The notes under the pieces: model-generated
Databases searched by the model: none
What the model saw: the letters and a program-made list of their open reading frames with translations, nothing else
What the model was told of the DNA's origin: nothing
Shown here: positions 29,396 through 38,252 of the stretch, in pieces
Position numbering within the stretch: position 1 is the stretch's first letter
Layout: each line of letters starts with the position of its first letter
DNA from: Myxococcota bacterium
GTDB lineage: Bacteria; Myxococcota; XYA12-FULL-58-9; JALHOP01
Reading direction: 5' to 3'
DNA length: 59,260 nucleotides
Assembly: GCA_041288095.1 (NCBI GenBank)
Contig: JBGGMJ010000126.1
Span: 1 to 59,260, forward strand
Program-made: the position numbers and the translations under genes

Positions 29396-31204
29396 CTAGA
29401 AGGTGACGTAGAGGCGATACTGCAAGGTCCAGGCGAACTTCGGGCCGATGTCGTCCTGGCTGCGGAAGGCGCCGAAGGGGAACGCGATACCGCCCTGGAG
29501 GACGCCGCGCAGACCCGTGGTCTCGCCTTCGGGCGGGGCGCCCATGTGCACCTCGCCGTTGAACTCGAGCGCCATCGGCAAGGCGCCGCCGGGCGTGGTC
29601 CCGCGGAAGAACGTTTGTGAGTAGATGCCGCGCAAGCGGCCTTCGACGGCGTCGTTGAAGAAGTAGCGAACCTCGGGAGCCGCGTACCAGGCGTCGGTGA
29701 CGCCGCCGATCACCCGGCGGAAGGTCAGCAGGTCGACGTGGTAGTCGGGGCTGAAGTTGAAGTTGGTGAGCGAGCGGTCGAAGGACGAGCCGTCGGGACG
29801 TTGGCCGCGCTGGGTGCCGGCTTTGTCGAGAGCGCCCCAGCCAGGGAACGAATCGCCCGAAGCGGCGCCGCCGCGCAACATCAGGAGCGGTCCGCGGCGT
29901 CGGTCGTCCGGCCAGAACTTGAGCTCGAGTGCGCCGCCGAGCTGCATGATACTGGTGGTCTGCAGGCTGCCGTCGGTCGAGGTGCTGGTATCGCGCAGAC
30001 GTCCCGCGCGCACGCCGCCCTCGGCGCTCAGCTCCACGGGCCCGCTGTACAGCTTCATGTACGCGTTACCGGTGTAGAGAATGGCGCCGCGCGTCTCGCG
30101 CGCGGTCGAACCTGCTCCATCGTCGTCGGGGATGACGAGTCGCGCGGGGTCGAACTCGGCGACAGTATCCGAATAGTTGGTCGCGTTCAGGTCCGCGGAC
30201 TGACGGCGGAACGAGTTGTGAACGCCATAGTCGAACACGGTGTTGCCCTGCGCCACCTGCTCGCGGATGTCGTCCGGATGCGTGAGGTGCTGGATGCGCA
30301 CGCCATACTCGGGCACGTCGTCGTAGGTGACGGCGTCGAGCGGTTGTCCGTCATAGCGGTAGAAGCCCTGGTAAACGGGGCCGCTCGACACCCAGTCCAT
30401 GAGCGGCGTGATTAGCAGGCCGCCCAAGCGGAGGGTTGCCTGCACGCGATCGACGTTCATGCCGAAGTCGCAGTCGAGGCAATCGCCGCTGTTGAACATG
30501 ACGCCCATGCCCCAGTGGTTGGGCATGCGGCCGATCTTCACCTCGAGCTGCTCGTTCAAGGCGGTGATGCGGGCGTAGAGGCGCTTGACGCGAATGCTGT
30601 CCGCCAAAGCGTTCAGGTCGGTGACCGGCGAGAGCTGACGGTCGTTGAGGAAGTTGTTCGGCGTGCTGGCGCGGGAAGAGTCGGAGCCGAAGGGCAGGGT
30701 CGAGGGCGTGCTGCCGAAGCCGATGTTGTCGAGCACGTCGATGGTCGACAACAGCGAGACCTTCTCGCCGACGTTGATCGACGGCTCGAGACGCATACGC
30801 ATGTTGGTCTGCGTGAAGCTCGCGTTGTCGCTCGAGCTGTTCGGATAGCGGGACACGAGGTTGTTGCCGGCGCCGGTGCCGCTGTCGTTCGCCTCGGTGC
30901 CGGCCTGATTGCCGAAGTCGAGCCGCCGCATCAGATCGCCGCGCACCCGGAAGTACCCGTGCATCTCGAAGAGCTGGATGGACGGCTTCACCAGGGTCCA
31001 ATCGTCGCGATCCCAATCGTCGAGCTTGATGTCGGTACCGGGGGCCCCGGGCGGTGGCGCGATGGTCGTGCCGCCGGGGGCGGTTTCGTTGGGTTTGGCG
31101 TTGTCCGGGGCGGGTGCGGGCTCCGCTGGAGGCGCTTCCTGGGCGCGGGCGGAAACCGCCAAGAGGAGGGTGGCGCAGGAAAAGCTCAACGCTAAGCGTA
31201 ACAT
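29396..31204 (-). CDS. TIGR04551-type myxobacterial outer-membrane protein
   Basis: Signal peptide, HGYFRVR, GRMPNHWGMG...GDCLDCD, F.FSPDYHVDL..FR and terminal F. Start at ATG 31204. Confidence 0.75.
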   Translation of the reverse strand: MLRLALSFSCATLLLAVSARAQEAPPAEPAPAPDNAKPNETAPGGTTIAPPPGAPGTDIKLDDWDRDDWTLVKPSIQLFEMHGYFRVRGDLMRRLDFGNQAGTEANDSGTGAGNNLVSRYPNSSSDNASFTQTNMRMRLEPSINVGEKVSLLSTIDVLDNIGFGSTPSTLPFGSDSSRASTPNNFLNDRQLSPVTDLNALADSIRVKRLYARITALNEQLEVKIGRMPNHWGMGVMFNSGDCLDCDFGMNVDRVQATLRLGGLLITPLMDWVSSGPVYQGFYRYDGQPLDAVTYDDVPEYGVRIQHLTHPDDIREQVAQGNTVFDYGVHNSFRRQSADLNATNYSDTVAEFDPARLVIPDDDGAGSTARETRGAILYTGNAYMKLYSGPVELSAEGGVRAGRLRDTSTSTDGSLQTTSIMQLGGALELKFWPDDRRRGPLLMLRGGAASGDSFPGWGALDKAGTQRGQRPDGSSFDRSLTNFNFSPDYHVDLLTFRRVIGGVTDAWYAAPEVRYFFNDAVEGRLRGIYSQTFFRGTTPGGALPMALEFNGEVHMGAPPEGETTGLRGVLQGGIAFPFGAFRSQDDIGPKFAWTLQYRLYVTF

Positions 31205-31264
31205 GGGGCGGACCGATACCGTTTTTGGCTCGGGTGAGCAACCAGAGTATTCTCCAGGGACCCG

Positions 31265-32476
31265 ATGGAAACCTCGTCTCCAAGCCCCCTCCTCGAATCG
31301 ATCGTCGCCACCATCCCCGACCCCGGTCTCGCCGGCCGCGTCGGCGCCACCCTGTCGATGACGCGCTCGGCCCTGGACGAGCTCAAGCGCGTGCACTTAC
31401 CCCAGGACAGCTTCGAGGAGAGCGACGTCGAAACCGTCGACCGCCACCTCGAGATCGCGCCCTATGCGCTTTCGGCCCTGGCGAGCATCAACCGGCTCCT
31501 CGCGCACTTGGGTGAGAGCTACGTGCCTCCGGCCGAGCCGACGACGGCCAGCGATGACTTCGACCTCACCTTCGACCTCGTCGACGGTCCCACCGGTGAC
31601 GCGCCTGGGCTCTCCAAGGAGCAGCCCGCCGGCAAACAGCTCTCCGTGGAAGAACAAGTCGCCGATGCCGCGCATGCCTTCGGGGGCATGTTGCGCGGCC
31701 ACGTCATCAAGTTCGCGGACCGTCTCGAAGCCGCGCTTCGCCAGCAGGACACCTGGCCGCTCCTCGCCGAGATCGACGACTACAAGCGCAAGCTCACCAA
31801 GGCGCTGCAGGGCTTGCTCTTCGGAGTGCTCGGCGTCTTCGCCAAGGATGCACGCCGCGACGAGATCTTGCCCGAGTACAAGTCCGGTGTCGCCGAAGCG
31901 GTAGCGCTGCGATCCACTTTAGCGGATATGACACTCGCCATCACGCGCTTCAACACGGCCATCGCGCAGTCGACGCAAGAGGCCGCGGTGCCGCTCGTGG
32001 TCGCGGTTTCGGACCGGCTGCAGCGCTTCGCGACGCGACCCGAGTTCAGTACGCTACGCGCCGACGACAAGAAGGCCTTCATCGACTTCGCGACCTCGCT
32101 GCATCGCCTCCGTCGCACCAAGGGCGGCATCCCGATGACGCAGCTCAAGTTCGCCGTCGAAGGCTTCTCGAAGTTCCTCGAGGCCATGGGCGCGATCAAC
32201 CACCGCGAGGTGCTCGTCATCCACGATCGGCAGCGGCTCGAGCACGCCCTCGAGCTCGTGGCCTCGGCCCAGGGCATCGCCGGCTCGGACCCCGAGGGCG
32301 CTCGCGCCAAGCTCGATAGCGCGGTCGAGCTCCTCGCCGCGGTGCACGGGCGCAATCAAGATCTCGACGATCAGCGGCGCTTGCACCGCATCGATCCGCC
32401 GCTTGCCGACGACATGGCCGAGCGCTTGGACGAGTGGTCGACCCTCGTCCAGGGGACGCTGCAGCGCGTCGGTTAG
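31265..32476 (+). CDS. Hypothetical all-alpha protein (403 aa)
   Basis: Long ORF with strong GC3 codon bias; no motif recognised. Confidence 0.8.
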   Translation: METSSPSPLLESIVATIPDPGLAGRVGATLSMTRSALDELKRVHLPQDSFEESDVETVDRHLEIAPYALSALASINRLLAHLGESYVPPAEPTTASDDFDLTFDLVDGPTGDAPGLSKEQPAGKQLSVEEQVADAAHAFGGMLRGHVIKFADRLEAALRQQDTWPLLAEIDDYKRKLTKALQGLLFGVLGVFAKDARRDEILPEYKSGVAEAVALRSTLADMTLAITRFNTAIAQSTQEAAVPLVVAVSDRLQRFATRPEFSTLRADDKKAFIDFATSLHRLRRTKGGIPMTQLKFAVEGFSKFLEAMGAINHREVLVIHDRQRLEHALELVASAQGIAGSDPEGARAKLDSAVELLAAVHGRNQDLDDQRRLHRIDPPLADDMAERLDEWSTLVQGTLQRVG

Positions 32477-34125
32477 AACTGAAAGCCGCTGCTCACGAAG
32501 CCGCCACCGATGGTCGGCACGAAGGACAAGACCGGTCCACTCTCGATGCGAGGCGTGGCGGCCGGGCCGTCCGTCAGGAAGAGAATCGCCGAGGTGATGC
32601 CCGCGGCCGCGGCGACGCCCGCCAGCACGTAGGTCGGCGCCATGCTGTCGCCGGGCGTGATCGCCTGTCGCACGACTGGGTCACCCGAGCGATTCGGATT
32701 GTTGCCGTTGCCCGCGGGTGGGTTGCTCGTGGTCGTCGTCGTCGATCCGTCATCGCGGACGGCCCAGTAGACGACGGCGCCGGCGGCGCTCGCGAGCGCT
32801 ACGCCCGCCGTACCCCATGCGAAGATCCGCTGGGTCGACATCGTCGAGGACGAGCGCGCTACCGCCGTGACCGCCGGCCCCGCCACATCGAAGGTGTCGC
32901 CACCGCTTTCCACGGGAAGCTCGCCCGAGGTCGCGACGTAGCCCGCGTAGAACGACGGACCATAGGGCACCTGGTAGAGCCCGGCCGAGAGCGCGTCGTT
33001 GGTGGCGTCGCGCGTATTCATACGCGTGGCGCGCCACGTGCCGGAGGCGACCGACACGGTGCCGGGAGCGTTGCTGGGGACCTCGATCTCGGAGTCGCCG
33101 CGGCGGACGTAGTAGCGGGGGCCGGGCACCAAGCCCACCGTCACCGCGTGCTCGGGCGCCTTGTTGAGATCGAGATAGCGGACACCTCGCTCGTCCTCGA
33201 GTTCGAAGTGACCGGTCTGCTCGCTTTCGAAGCGCACGAAGGTGGTGGCGCGCATGCGACGCAGGTCGAAGAGAGGCTCCGAGAGGTTGGCGGCGGGGGC
33301 CTTCGAGAACACGGTGACGCGCGCCTTGTCGGTGTCGACTCGGAGATTGGCGGCGGCGACGTAGGCAGCCAGCTCGCTGTAGGCGATACGACCATCACCA
33401 TTGACGTCGGCGGCGCCGAGCAGGGCCGAGCGCACCTCGTAGGAGAAGACGCCGGCGCCGTAGCGCGACCACTCGTGAGTTTCCTTGATGCCCGCGGTCG
33501 ACACCAGAACACCGGTGTTCGGGTAGCGCTCGAGCACGCGACTCTCGGTGTATTCGGCGAGGAGCGCGGGGTCGACGCTCTTGCTGCGGTCACTGCGCCA
33601 GTTGCCGTTGCCGCCGCGGGCGTTGACCATGAAGTAAGAGTCGCAGGCGTCGATGATCAGGTGATTGTAGGTCGCCTTGGAGCGGCCGATGATGCTCTCG
33701 TAGAGCGCCGTGCGCGTGAGCTTGCCGTCGTGCAGCGTGACGAAGCCCTCACGGTTGGCGGTGACGCCGCCGTGGCCCGTGTAGACCAGGTAGAAGATCG
33801 CCTGCTTGCCGGCCCGCGCGTCCGCTTCCATGGACGCGTTGATGGCGTCGAAAGCACGGTCGAGATTGGCCCGCGTCGGCACCAGAGTCTCGCCGGCTAG
33901 GGTCCGCGCTTGCCGCTGCGTCTCTTCGTCGAGGACGGAGAGCAGGACGGTGCGGTCGGCGACCGTGTTGAAGAGCTCGTAGTAACGGACACCGTCGTCA
34001 TCGGCGTAGCGCAAAGGCCGCATATGGGCCTCGGGTGCGCCGTTGTACGACACGATCAGCGCGTAGGTCCGCGGTTGCTCGGGACCGGCCGCGAGCAGCG
34101 TGAGCAAAGCTGACAGTGCAATCAT
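32473..34125 (-). CDS. Secreted caspase-family (peptidase C14) protein
   Basis: Signal peptide, LRYADDD, YTGHG (His) and IIDACDS (Cys) dyad, GVFS...SALLGAADVNGDG, and a hydrophobic C-terminal region ending in F. Confidence 0.85.
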   Translation of the reverse strand: MIALSALLTLLAAGPEQPRTYALIVSYNGAPEAHMRPLRYADDDGVRYYELFNTVADRTVLLSVLDEETQRQARTLAGETLVPTRANLDRAFDAINASMEADARAGKQAIFYLVYTGHGGVTANREGFVTLHDGKLTRTALYESIIGRSKATYNHLIIDACDSYFMVNARGGNGNWRSDRSKSVDPALLAEYTESRVLERYPNTGVLVSTAGIKETHEWSRYGAGVFSYEVRSALLGAADVNGDGRIAYSELAAYVAAANLRVDTDKARVTVFSKAPAANLSEPLFDLRRMRATTFVRFESEQTGHFELEDERGVRYLDLNKAPEHAVTVGLVPGPRYYVRRGDSEIEVPSNAPGTVSVASGTWRATRMNTRDATNDALSAGLYQVPYGPSFYAGYVATSGELPVESGGDTFDVAGPAVTAVARSSSTMSTQRIFAWGTAGVALASAAGAVVYWAVRDDGSTTTTTSNPPAGNGNNPNRSGDPVVRQAITPGDSMAPTYVLAGVAAAAGITSAILFLTDGPAATPRIESGPVLSFVPTIGGGFVSSGFQF

Positions 34126-34940
34126 TGCATGAGCTCCAGGCGAATCCTTTGCACTCCCAGCCGCCCTGTCGCCAGATCCCGAGCAGTCGGAGCAGCGCCC
34201 GTCGGGGCACTTTCCAACCAGCTCGATACGGTGTCGACGCTGAGCGGCTCGCTGGAGAATAACGCATATATCCAGAGAGCGCCCGCCTGGTGATTCACTG
34301 CCAATTCGATTCCGTCAGGGGCAAGGTGCTCGCCGTCGGTCGCCGCGACCGAGAAGCTCAATGCCTCGCCAGGGTTGGGGAAATACCACAGTGGTTGATG
34401 CCGCGCGTCGGCACCCACTAGGAACACATAACGTGCCCACGGCCGTGCCTCGGCGGACACACTGTAGGCGAGCTGCAAAGTATCGCCCAGGCCGCAGCTC
34501 GTTGTCTGATTGGTCTCGGAGATGGCGACCGCGCGGACCGCGTCACGGGCCCCGCGCACGACGCAGAACGCGCGCGCTTCGACTCCCTGGTCGCCGAAGC
34601 CGCGGGGCTGGAGGTCGTCGCGCTCGCGCAAACGCGGCACCGCGACGAGCAACAGGAGCGCCACGGCTGTCGCGCCGAACTGGGCCCAGATGAGCCAACG
34701 CGACCCGCGCTCGGGCTTACCGGAGAGCTGTGTGAACAAGCGCTCGCGGATGGCGTCGATGCGGGTGCTGTCGAGACCGGCTTCGCCCGCGAGGTTGGCG
34801 CGCACCGCGGCCACGCGGTCGTAGTACTGGCGCGCATCGGGAGACTCCTCGAGGGCCTCGCGCAACGTCCGCCATCGCCGACTGGAGAGACCGGCGACGA
34901 ACCACCGGTCGATCAAGCGCTTCGCGCGATTGGGCATCAT
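34122..34940 (-). CDS. Putative membrane anti-sigma factor with periplasmic DUF4384-like domain
   Basis: N-terminal cytoplasmic helix bundle (L..SPDARQYYDR, degenerate ZAS-like), a TM helix and a periplasmic domain (GDTLQLAY...WYFP...ALFSSEPL). ATGA coupling to both the sigma and caspase genes. Confidence 0.65.
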   Translation of the reverse strand: MMPNRAKRLIDRWFVAGLSSRRWRTLREALEESPDARQYYDRVAAVRANLAGEAGLDSTRIDAIRERLFTQLSGKPERGSRWLIWAQFGATAVALLLLVAVPRLRERDDLQPRGFGDQGVEARAFCVVRGARDAVRAVAISETNQTTSCGLGDTLQLAYSVSAEARPWARYVFLVGADARHQPLWYFPNPGEALSFSVAATDGEHLAPDGIELAVNHQAGALWIYALFSSEPLSVDTVSSWLESAPTGAAPTARDLATGRLGVQRIRLELMQ

Positions 34941-35662
34941 GCTCCGCACCTCCACATCTCCCACGCCACTGAACCCGACATGACGATCCAACATCCGGCG
35001 CCGCGGACGAGCACCGGCAGAGTGACCTCGTGATCGGTGAGGTAACCGTTGGCGCGCAGGTGGCTCAGCAAGTCCGCGAGCATCTTCGCTTCGATACGGC
35101 GAACCTGGACGCGCGTGAGCCCCATGCGCTGCGCCGCTTCGTTCTGAGTTGCGTGCTCGCTATAGCGGATAGCGTAGAGGGTGCGCTCGCGTTCGCTGCG
35201 GCCCTGCACGAACGAGTCGAGCAGGCCCTGGAGCTCCTTGCCTTCGGCGGCGGCGTTCGGTGCCTTGCCGGTGTGCTCTTCGGCGATGCGCATCGCGGTA
35301 TCGGGGTCGACGTCCTCGAGGTCGATGGAGGTGAAGCGATTGCTGCCGCGCCGCGCCTCGTCGATGACGTAGTTCTTGGCGATGGCGCAGAGGTAGTTCA
35401 GGTAGGGCCGGATGCCGTCGTAGTTGGCCCGCGCATGCGGTGTGAAGGCGCGCGCGAAGACCTCTTGCAAGGCGTTGTCGAGCTCGAACGCGGTCCGGAT
35501 CCCGCGAAAGAAACGCTGCTCGCCTTTGCTCTGAAAGCCAAAACCGGCCTGCAAAAACGACGCGAGCGGACGCACGTAGTGATTGTAGGTGAGCTCGAGT
35601 GCCTCCCGGTCACCTGCGCGGAAAGCCATCAATAATCGCCGGTCCCGCGCAAACAGGGTCAT
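34937..35662 (-). CDS. ECF RNA polymerase sigma factor (cassette 2)
   Basis: FRAGDREAL...Y, QEVFARAF, YL.AIAKN.VID and region 4 Q.EAA..MGLTR.QVR..E. Start at ATG 35662. Confidence 0.88.
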   Translation of the reverse strand: MTLFARDRRLLMAFRAGDREALELTYNHYVRPLASFLQAGFGFQSKGEQRFFRGIRTAFELDNALQEVFARAFTPHARANYDGIRPYLNYLCAIAKNYVIDEARRGSNRFTSIDLEDVDPDTAMRIAEEHTGKAPNAAAEGKELQGLLDSFVQGRSERERTLYAIRYSEHATQNEAAQRMGLTRVQVRRIEAKMLADLLSHLRANGYLTDHEVTLPVLVRGAGCWIVMSGSVAWEMWRCGA

Positions 35663-35671
35663 GGTGTTCCC

Positions 35672-35738
35672 TACGTACTCTTTTACCTGGCTGGATCGGC
35701 ATTTTTTTTGCCGATCCACGCGTCCCAGCGGGCCCGTA
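35672..35738. promoter_or_regulatory. Symmetric back-to-back ECF promoters TGCCGATCCA-N16-CGTA
   Basis: Perfect 10-bp inverted repeat (35692..35701 / 35709..35718) around T7. Each half is followed at identical spacing by CGTA (35735..35738 plus; 35675..35672 minus). Confidence 0.65.
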
Positions 35739-35781
35739 AGGGAGGGTGCAATCAACCCGTCTCTGTCCGAGGAGGTCGCAA

Positions 35782-36588
35782 GTGAAACGCGCCCATTTGA
35801 TGCTTTTGGGCATTGCCTTGGTCGGCTGCGACGACGACCGCGGTCTCTACGACGACCACCAGGACGAAACCGTGGCGGTCATCGGGGACAACGAGGTGAC
35901 TCTCAGCGGCCCGGTGGGGTCGGGCGATTGCGTGCAGGTCAGCGACAGCCTGTGCGTGCCCGTCGACACCGAGGGGTCGTGGTGCGAGCGCGAGGGTGGC
36001 CCAGTCGACGTCGTTCTCGTGGACGGCGTCGCGGTCGAGGTCGTCTGTTATCCGCCCGCCGACGACGAAGAGCGCCCGACGGTCATCGTCGATGGCGCGA
36101 CCGTTGGTGACGTGGATGTCGCGCAGAACGCCAACAACACGACGGTCGTCTTCGACGATGCGCTCGACGGCGTGCCGTTCGTCGGCAACGTCAGCGTCGA
36201 CGGCAACAACGTATCGATCTACGGCAACGGCCCAGACAAGACGATCATCGACGGCGATGTCGTCATCACCGGTAACAACGTCCGCCTTCGCGGAGTGACC
36301 ATCACCGGAAACTTGAGCATCACGCTCAACAGCGCCGCCGTCGTGTTGTCCCGCATCCATGGTGACGTGCTCATCACCAAGAACGGCACTGTCTTCGTCG
36401 AGAACGACGTCTTCGGCGCTTTCACGAGCACCTCGAACGGCAATCTCTACGTCGGCAACGACGTTCAGGGCGCCTGGAGCATCACCGGGAACGGCTCGAC
36501 CTGCGACGAGAACAACGCTTTCGCGGATGGGGATGCCGATCATCAGATCGATGACGGTGAGCTCGCGGATCCGCTGGTTTGCCCCTGA
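35782..36588 (+). CDS. Acidic Asn/Asp-rich beta-helix lipoprotein (paralog 1)
   Basis: GTG start after GGAGG, LVGC lipobox and repeated GN/GD-V-x-I-x-x-NN beta-solenoid turns. Confidence 0.8.
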   Translation: MKRAHLMLLGIALVGCDDDRGLYDDHQDETVAVIGDNEVTLSGPVGSGDCVQVSDSLCVPVDTEGSWCEREGGPVDVVLVDGVAVEVVCYPPADDEERPTVIVDGATVGDVDVAQNANNTTVVFDDALDGVPFVGNVSVDGNNVSIYGNGPDKTIIDGDVVITGNNVRLRGVTITGNLSITLNSAAVVLSRIHGDVLITKNGTVFVENDVFGAFTSTSNGNLYVGNDVQGAWSITGNGSTCDENNAFADGDADHQIDDGELADPLVCP

Positions 36589-36628
36589 GACCTTGCAGAA
36601 AGAAACCTTCAGACACAGGTTCAAACCC

Positions 36629-37333
36629 ATGAAGAAAATAGCTTTGACGTTGATCTTGGGCTTCGCGGCCGCTGCTTGCGGTGGTGACGATGAGTCCGCC
36701 TGGTGTGATCGTAACGACGGGTCGAGCGAAGAAATCCGCTCGGGCGGAGAGGTGCTGGCGACGGTCTGCTATGGCCCGACGACCGGCAGCCTTGCGATTC
36801 GCGTCGAGGACGAAGCAGATGACGGGCTCGATCTGAATTTCCCGCAGACACGCAACAACGAGGTCGTGGTCTTCGACGAGTCGACCAACGGCGACGCGAT
36901 TCCGGGCGACGTGTTCATCGACGGCAACAAGATCACGATTTACGGCAACGGCGCCGAGAACACGATTATCGACGGCAACCTCACGGTCGCCGGCAACAAC
37001 GTGCGTATCCGCGGCATCACCGTTACCGGCAATCTGATCATCACGAAGAACAACGCTTCGGTCGTCGACAGCGTCGTCCACGGCAACGTCGTCATCAGCA
37101 AGAACAACACGCTGATCGCCGGCACCGACATCTACGGCAACGTCGATGCCGATTCGAACAACAACCTATTCGCCGGCAACGCCGTGCAGGGCAACTGGAA
37201 CATCGGCGGCAACAACGCCGGCTGCGAAGACAACGTCGCCTTCAGCGACGAGGACGACGACTTCGTGATCGACGACGACGAAACGGGCGCCGCGCTGATC
37301 TGCGGTGACGGCGACGACGACACCGACGACTAA
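36629..37333 (+). CDS. Acidic Asn/Asp-rich beta-helix lipoprotein (paralog 2)
   Basis: MKKIALTLILGFAAAAC lipobox; shares WC.R..G, VCY, IYGNG...TIIDG, GNNVR.RG.T.TGNL and C..N.AF.D with paralog 1. Confidence 0.82.
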   Translation: MKKIALTLILGFAAAACGGDDESAWCDRNDGSSEEIRSGGEVLATVCYGPTTGSLAIRVEDEADDGLDLNFPQTRNNEVVVFDESTNGDAIPGDVFIDGNKITIYGNGAENTIIDGNLTVAGNNVRIRGITVTGNLIITKNNASVVDSVVHGNVVISKNNTLIAGTDIYGNVDADSNNNLFAGNAVQGNWNIGGNNAGCEDNVAFSDEDDDFVIDDDETGAALICGDGDDDTDD

Positions 37334-38052
37334 ACGGTCAGTACGTCCGCGATGGCGGTAGCGAGCGCCTTCTGCGCGGCTCTACGAGCCGTAGCGAAGG
37401 CTTCGTTACCGCGCCGCAGTGAAAACGGGGTCACGAGTGGCAGCTCGCGCACCGTGACCACCGTCGTCCGCGGCCGACGCGTGAGGGGCCGGTTGCCGCG
37501 AGACGGTAGATGATGCGCGAGCGTGAAGGTCTCGCTATCGAGGCCGAGCCACCCGGGCCGGTCGAGGATACCGCCGTCGGAGTACGGCCGTCGCTCGAGC
37601 CACACCGGATGGAACAAGCCGGGTAGGGCGCACGACGCGTGAATCGCCGCCGCGACGCTGCCGCGCTTGCGCACCACGGTGCGACGCCCGAGGATGTCGA
37701 AAACCGAGATGGCGAGCGGCACGCCGGCGTCCTCGATAGCGGACACCGGCAAGAGCTTTTCGAGGCGTTCGCGGAACAGGCGCCCGCGCAGGAGACCGAG
37801 GCCGACGCCCGGGTCCCAGAAGTCGCGCCGCTCGAGCTCACAGAGGACGCGGCTCATGGTCTGAGCGCTGACCCCGGCCGCCCATAGCCCGCCTGCCAGC
37901 GCGCCCGCGGAGGAGCCGGTGACGAGGCTCGGCGTGAGCCCGTGGTCCTCGAGCGCCGAGAGCAGCCCAGCGTGCGCATAGAAGCCGAAAAAACCTGATG
38001 AAAGCGCCAGGCTGAAGGGCTCTTCACGCAGCTTTTCGAGCAGCAGCGGCAT
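37330..38052 (-). CDS. Patatin-like phospholipase
   Basis: Oxyanion motif SSGFFG..H.G, GSSAG nucleophile, ASCALP and DGG. Confidence 0.9.
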   Translation of the reverse strand: MPLLLEKLREEPFSLALSSGFFGFYAHAGLLSALEDHGLTPSLVTGSSAGALAGGLWAAGVSAQTMSRVLCELERRDFWDPGVGLGLLRGRLFRERLEKLLPVSAIEDAGVPLAISVFDILGRRTVVRKRGSVAAAIHASCALPGLFHPVWLERRPYSDGGILDRPGWLGLDSETFTLAHHLPSRGNRPLTRRPRTTVVTVRELPLVTPFSLRRGNEAFATARRAAQKALATAIADVLTV

Positions 38053-38154
38053 AGCGGTGCTTATAAGGGAGTTAGGCAGACCAGGCTAGCCCGGGCGAGG
38101 GCCTACCGGTCGCCTTTCGTCAGATCCCCGCTGGCCGTTATCCCGACGTCTTCA

Positions 38155-38182
38155 CTTGACAGGTAAGCGCTTGCCTCCATAT
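38155..38182 (+). promoter_or_regulatory. sigma32-like heat-shock promoter
   Basis: CTTGAC-N14-CTCCATAT upstream of dnaK, compared with the consensus CTTGAA-N13/14-CCCCATAT. Confidence 0.55.
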
Positions 38183-38252
38183 TAGGCATCACTCGCGCCG
38201 GGCTTGCTTAGCAAACCGGTAATCGACCGAGTCACAGGAGCTTTGTAAGATC

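Noticed and set aside
38182..38240. Possible CIRCE (HrcA) operator before dnaK (TTAGCAAAC)
   Set aside because: There is no matching GAGTGCTAA half-site at 9-nt spacing.
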